Assembly (NCBI GenBank): GCA_022813865.1 | Contig: JALDZX010000047.1 | Coordinates: forward strand, 1-64,000 | DNA from: Xylographa opegraphella | Lineage: Eukaryota | DNA: 64,000 bases | Reading direction: 5' to 3' | The notes under the pieces: model-generated | The model's input: the letters and a program-made list of their open reading frames with translations, nothing else | Databases searched by the model: none | What the model was told of the DNA's origin: nothing | Made by a program: the position numbers and the translations under genes | Shown: positions 58,819-64,000 of the stretch, in pieces | How the letters are laid out: each line of letters opens with the position of its first letter | Position numbering within the stretch: position 1 is the stretch's first letter

Positions 58819-61741
58819 ATGGCCGAAGCAGTAGGTCTTGCAGCGAGCGTTGTTGGCCTTGCAGCGTTCGGCGCCAAACTGTCACTGACTCTGTATGAAT
58901 ATGGCGATACCATTGTCCACGCACGGAAGCAGATTGATGGCATAGCAAACGAGGTGACACTTTGCTCAACTGTCCTACGCCACATGGGCGCGGTTCTTGA
59001 AGGCGAGAAAGCTATATACTCTCCAGCCTTAGTTGTGACGACAACACGAATTATACAGGAGTGCAAAGTTTTGTTTCGCGAGATTCGATCCAAGGTCAAG
59101 CATAGAAAACGGCAAAGCGGGAAAGGCATTCATAGAATCAAATGGTTATTTGACAAACCAAGGGCAAAGGAATTGATGGCCGAGCTGGAGGGTCTGAAGT
59201 CGACACTTATGTTAATGGTACAAACTGTTTCGTTGGCAACGAAAGCTCCGAAGTATGTGCAAGTGCATCTGGCTTCTGCATCTTGGATAGGGAGCTTACA
59301 ATGCTCACGCTACTTCTATCGACTCGACGACTGACTGAAAGACAGGAATGACGACAGGTCGGATCAGGATGTTGATGGAATCAAGAAGGAGCTTGAGCTG
59401 CTGAAGAGCTTGATCATTGCCAATCATAATATGATTCTAAATCTTCAGGAGGTTGAGATGGAAGCTGCTCTTGGCATTGATCCAGTTCCTCCCCCTTCAG
59501 TCCGCCTACCTGTCGACCAATCATACGCTCGAGGTGCTGGCTATCATGATGCTCAGTTTCCGCCAGATTCGGCACAACAACCAATATATGAGATTCGAGC
59601 GAGCACTGCTCGTGAGGTCGCTGCTCGCGGAGCTCCAAGACTACATCCATCATATGAAGGAGCCGCAAAAGACGACCGTACACATCATGTGAGCCATCCT
59701 GGAAAACCTGGGGCCGAAAGAAACAAGGAAGTGGACGGTGTTAATGCTGTCTCATGGCGTGGTAAGAAATTTCTGTACCAGTCGCTGGCTGCAGTCATCG
59801 CTTCCATACCAATTTCCCATCCCATGAATGATGCTGACACCAGAGACCTGGAAGCAACATACTGATCGAATATTTTCCTTCGCAGATGGTCCAGTCGTGA
59901 TTCTAAATTCAGGACGAGACACAGATCATACGAATGACATGAACGAGCCTGGATTGACGCAGCCTTTTGTGTCGTCGGATCATCAGGGAACTGTAAATTC
60001 AGACCCTGGGCTAAGTTCGCTCCCAGCATCTCCGCTTGCGCTTTATGAGAACAGTAGAACGCCCGTTCATGTGCCATCTACCAGACCTGATCGTCACTCA
60101 ACCTCTTGCCTCCTGATCGAGGAAGTCCCATCGGGCTACCCATCTGGCTACTACGTTAGGCCTTCGGTCAAGGGGCTAATAACAGAAGGGGGGTATCAAT
60201 CGAACGATAGGCCATTTTCTAATGCAAAGCAAGATACTACCAATACTATCAAGCTGTTGTTGGATAAATGGACTGTAGTTGGATCATCGTATGTCACAGC
60301 GTTGATCGACGAAGTCCCGCAGCTCTCTGAAGATGAGGAAGCTGAACAACCTGGACAACGTTCTCGTCGTGGCAAAGGTAGACGAAGGGCGTCTGCTAAA
60401 ACGAACGGGGATCATACCACCGGTTACAGCGACAGCGAAAGTAGTGAGAACTCTGACATGAATTCAGGCTATGCGACCACAAGCGATGAATATGATGATG
60501 ATGGTGGCCATCCTCGCAGATCCAATGACGGTCCTGGAGGTAATTATTCGCAAAGACCAAGTCATCATCGCAGAGAGTCCTACGAACGGGTACCTTATGC
60601 ACAGCGCTACGAAATGCCTCGTTACGGAAACGCTGACTACGGAAATTATGATCCACAACCTCACCACATGCGTTCAGCGCCAGAAGTTTCTCAGCCTTGG
60701 GGTCACCCAAGAAGTGCTGGGAACGACGAGTTACGATTACTTGAAAGCAGACTGGATCATCAGGAACGATACTTTAACCTTCAAGTTGAAAAGCTAAAGG
60801 TCGAGATGAAACTTGAGGGTCGGGAAAACAGGGAAGCTGAAGCTGCGGAACGGGAAGCAAGGAGACAGACACTGGTAAAAGAAGCGGAATTCACAAAGGA
60901 ATCCGCGAGAGTCGCTGCTGAAAAAGCTGCTGCGGAAGAAAGATACAAATCCGAACCGATACTCGAGGCGTGGAAGCCAGCTGCAGCATGTACGTCGCCT
61001 GCAGATGAGCATGACGGATATGATGTGATTGATCTCCTCGCAAAGAAAGACAGAGGTGGTGTCATATGGTCCCGTGGGAATGCTGCCCGCCTCTCGATGT
61101 TTGTTGGTCTTACGAAATTTCTCACAGTCCAGTTTATACCACCATCATACCTCCAGGCTGGCGAGGAATTAGATAAATACACGATAATTGGGAAAGAGTG
61201 GGTTCGGAGGGAGGTATTGGAGCTGTTTGAGCATCCATTTGTCGAGAAGGAGGCAGCATTCTACGAAATCTCGCGTCCACTGACATTTGTAAGTGAGCTT
61301 CTCAATCGCGTCGTACTTCATTCACTCCAGCATTCAATGCGATTGGTCTTTTGTCAGTTGTTCGGCTGACAAGCATAGCCACAAGTGAAATCGTTAGTTA
61401 GCACTTCGTTTCAACTTCGGAAGGACAGCTATGCGCACACGGCGCGGTCTCTCATGGCCGTGAGAGCGTCACAGTTCTTCAGTACGCCCAAAGATGACGA
61501 CGAAGTTCTACACTCCTCCACGTCCTCTTCCACCTCTTCATCCACCGCTTCCCCACCACTCCCGGATGAACTACATGATGTCCACCCTAAGAAGTCACAA
61601 CCGCCACCTGACACCAGCGCGCGGCAGGATAAAGGTAAAGAAAGGATCCGTCACGCCGCTGGCTTAGGTCGAGAACAGGGTCGCGAGCGTCGGAAAAAGA
61701 GGACGAGCTCCACAACATCTCGAAGTCGGAAACTCTTCTAA
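58819..61741 (+). CDS. Protein with fungal HeLo-like N-terminal domain (PF17111-like), disordered middle, coiled coil and small C-terminal domain; introns about 59253-59346, 59762-59885, 61289-61378
   Basis: MAEAVGLAASVVGLAAFGAKLS..IANEV..IKWLFDKP..ELEGLKSTLMLM typical of this family; consensus splice sites join the ORFs. Confidence 0.65.
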
Positions 61742-63606
61742 TGGAGGTAGCGGCTTCTTATTCGATATGCCCCCGAAGGAGATTAAACCTCGGCCGTGCC
61801 GCCAGTTACGACTGGAGCGGTGACTACCAGCCTCGTGGCAAGAATTGTTAAACTAGATACCAAACTTAACCTTGCGGCGATGCCCTGGGCGCTAGGTCGT
61901 TATGGGTGTTCATTTCTATTGAAAGGTACAACCGCAACATCAGAGGCCGACGGTGGATCTAAACGAAAACAGATATGTTTATATAATACGCGCAATTCCA
62001 CGTTCCCACAGCACCTCTATTATTGTCAGTTTAGAGCACCACAAGCACCGATAAGCTTGGCCCGAACATTAGGATATGTATATATTGCCAAGTTGGCGTA
62101 GATAGCACTGGTAGATCATTGACGGAGGTATAGACGCAATAGAAACTTCGTCGTTAGTTGTCCACGTTGCTCCAGTCCATTTGATATCACGAGGGTCCGA
62201 CCAAGGATTTCTGGCTCGTACTTCCTAGCTCCGGGCTGTTCGCGCATGGTGTGGTCTTCGGTGTAACGAGAATCAAAGACTCAAGTGCGAATAGTCACTA
62301 ATTACCACATGCATCACAGTAGAAGCATGACTATAGTGTCTTCATGGAAAGCAGAGATGACAGGAAGCCAGTCAATTGTGTTAAATTCAATGTTTATCTC
62401 CGTAGAGGGAGACAAATTAAGAGAAGTAGCTTACACAGAAAGAGGTTCCCAGTCGACCAACAAGTTAGCTATTGTCCTCTGCCGACCATGAATGTCAAAC
62501 CTGAGCGCAAATCCAAGTGTTCCTGCGCGGCGGCTACTGACACACCCAAACCGTTGTTGGCTCTGCTGCCTTGTTGAGCTCGTCGCGACACCAACAAGAA
62601 AGGCATATCTCTGTTGCCAAAGGTTGGAATGTGCGGATCGAGCATTCTCCATCTGCTCCCCTGTAGACCTCCGAGGGTCTATGCGATAATATCCTCGATC
62701 ACAGGATAGGTCCAGTATAAATCGGACATACTTCCGTACAGATGTGAAGTCAGATGTCACAAACTGCTCACGAACACCCGGTGCTGTGCCATCTTGTTCA
62801 GCCACAGCGTGCTGGGGCAGCTGCAAGGCAGAAGGAGGTCGGCCGGGAACCAACCATTTCTGGGCATTGCGGTTTCTCCCCGTGGTGGGAGTTTCAGCTA
62901 TGTTTAGTCGCACGCGCTCCAACTCATCTGGCACAAAAGCTTCTGTTATATTTCCGTGGTGGTGCAGAATTGATTAGAAATAACGACGCGTAACTCTCCA
63001 GCAGTATTGTATCTCATTACAGATCAGGTACTCCGTCTGCGAATATACCTTACGTACCGATGAATTTGCGGTAAACTAACGCATAATTTATATAACTGGA
63101 TGAATGCACAGGATAAAAATGACGTCGAACATATCTCCAGCCTCGGGCCGTGTGGCGCTGCAGAGCGGTGCATTTCGGCAGGGGGCAGGTACGGGGACGG
63201 AAGCTGATTGGTTCTTTCTCGAATTGGCGTACGTCAGCCACCTTCTCCCATGTGGCCCCCTTTGTTCCTGCAACAGGTCGAACCTCCCCAGCTAGGATTT
63301 CATGGCCACCCGTTCTGATTCGTGCAAAGCACGTCCTTTTGTCCCCAGTGTTGTGCTATGCTCGTTAGCGTCACGCTTGAGGAGTCCGCGTCAGCCTTTT
63401 GCCGGTCGGCCTTGAATCCTCCGTTGTTGGAGTAGTACTTGTTAAATACTCTCCAACACCCTGAATCCTTTGTTTATTATCTTGCTGACTGTTTGCTCGT
63501 CACCCGTTACTGTTTCTTGCATCTCTTTGACATCACATCGACGACCTCGTCAAACTTGTCAAACTCGTCTTCCATTCTCTTGTTCTTGAACTGCACCAGA
63601 TTCGAG

Positions 63607-64000
63607 ATGCGTGGAACTACGCTCGCCGCTTTGACGGCCGGTCTCTTGACCACTGGCTCAACCGCCATCGAGCTCTTCAAGCGTGATGGACCCGCCGCAG
63701 TCATCCCGATGTCAATACAACGAAAGTCCGTGGAGTGGGTAGGAAGCAGATACGAGTTCGACCAGCTGCGCAAACGACAGAAGACTGTTACGGAGACGCT
63801 TGACAACTTCGAGGTTGGTGCTCCAGACTTTCTATTTCCTCTGGAACCGCAAGCTAACAGTCCTCAGCAAGGGAGTTTATATTTCGCGAACGTGACCATT
63901 GGGACACCACCACAAAACTTCCGCTTCCACATCGATACCGGCAGCAGTGATCTATGGACAAACGCGGCATCATCACCTCTTTGCCAACAGGGAAACAACG
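63607..64000 (+). CDS. Secreted aspartic protease (yapsin/OpsB-like), 5' part only; intron about 63814-63867
   Basis: Signal peptide, KR processing site, ETLDN, LYFANVTIGTPPQ..HIDTGSSDLW. Confidence 0.9.
   Translation, partial: MRGTTLAALTAGLLTTGSTAIELFKRDGPAAVIPMSIQRKSVEWVGSRYEFDQLRKRQKTVTETLDNFEVGAPDFLFPLEPQANSPQQGSLYFANVTIGTPPQNFRFHIDTGSSDLWTNAASSPLCQQGNN

Noticed and set aside
59762..59885. Apparent frameshift between ORFs 59410-59865 and 59828-61369
   Set aside because: Explained by a canonical GTAAGA..ACTGAT..CAG intron
1..64000. tRNA, 5S rRNA, telomerase-template, CRISPR or secondary-metabolite backbone genes
   Set aside because: No cloverleaf/T-loop context, TAACCCTAA template, spaced repeats or PKS/NRPS motifs found by eye; tRNAscan-SE/Infernal not run

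Overview
Gene-dense, intron-containing chromosomal segment of a filamentous ascomycete (Pezizomycotina; short GT-AG introns with CTRAY branch sites), from a draft assembly with two N gaps. About 27 protein-coding loci. Housekeeping genes: CRT10, a TDA3-like oxidoreductase, SER1, LYS4, FAR11/HAM-2, AIM32, ALR1, PHA2, AVT1, SUP45/eRF1, BMT2, RPL25, TIM8, ADE5,7, THR1, HIS3, an SDR and a partial yapsin-like protease. Accessory genes: a HET-domain protein, a bacterial-like alpha/beta hydrolase, GH43, a GH45-like+CBM1 protein, a PIR cell-wall protein and a HeLo-like N-terminal protein. The most notable signals lie outside the ORF track. (1) The eRF1 3' end has a complete readthrough/NMD autoregulatory layout: leaky TGA-CGG stop, 52-codon extension, 3'UTR intron. 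(2) RPL25 intron 1 holds a candidate box C/D snoRNA. (3) A 14-bp tandem duplication splits one ~645-aa gene into two ORFs. (4) A secreted/membrane protein gene carries an in-frame TAG. (5) Recurrent GC-rich islands flip from C-rich to G-rich regardless of gene strand, including a non-coding foldback. All family calls come from motif recognition by eye; no searches were run.
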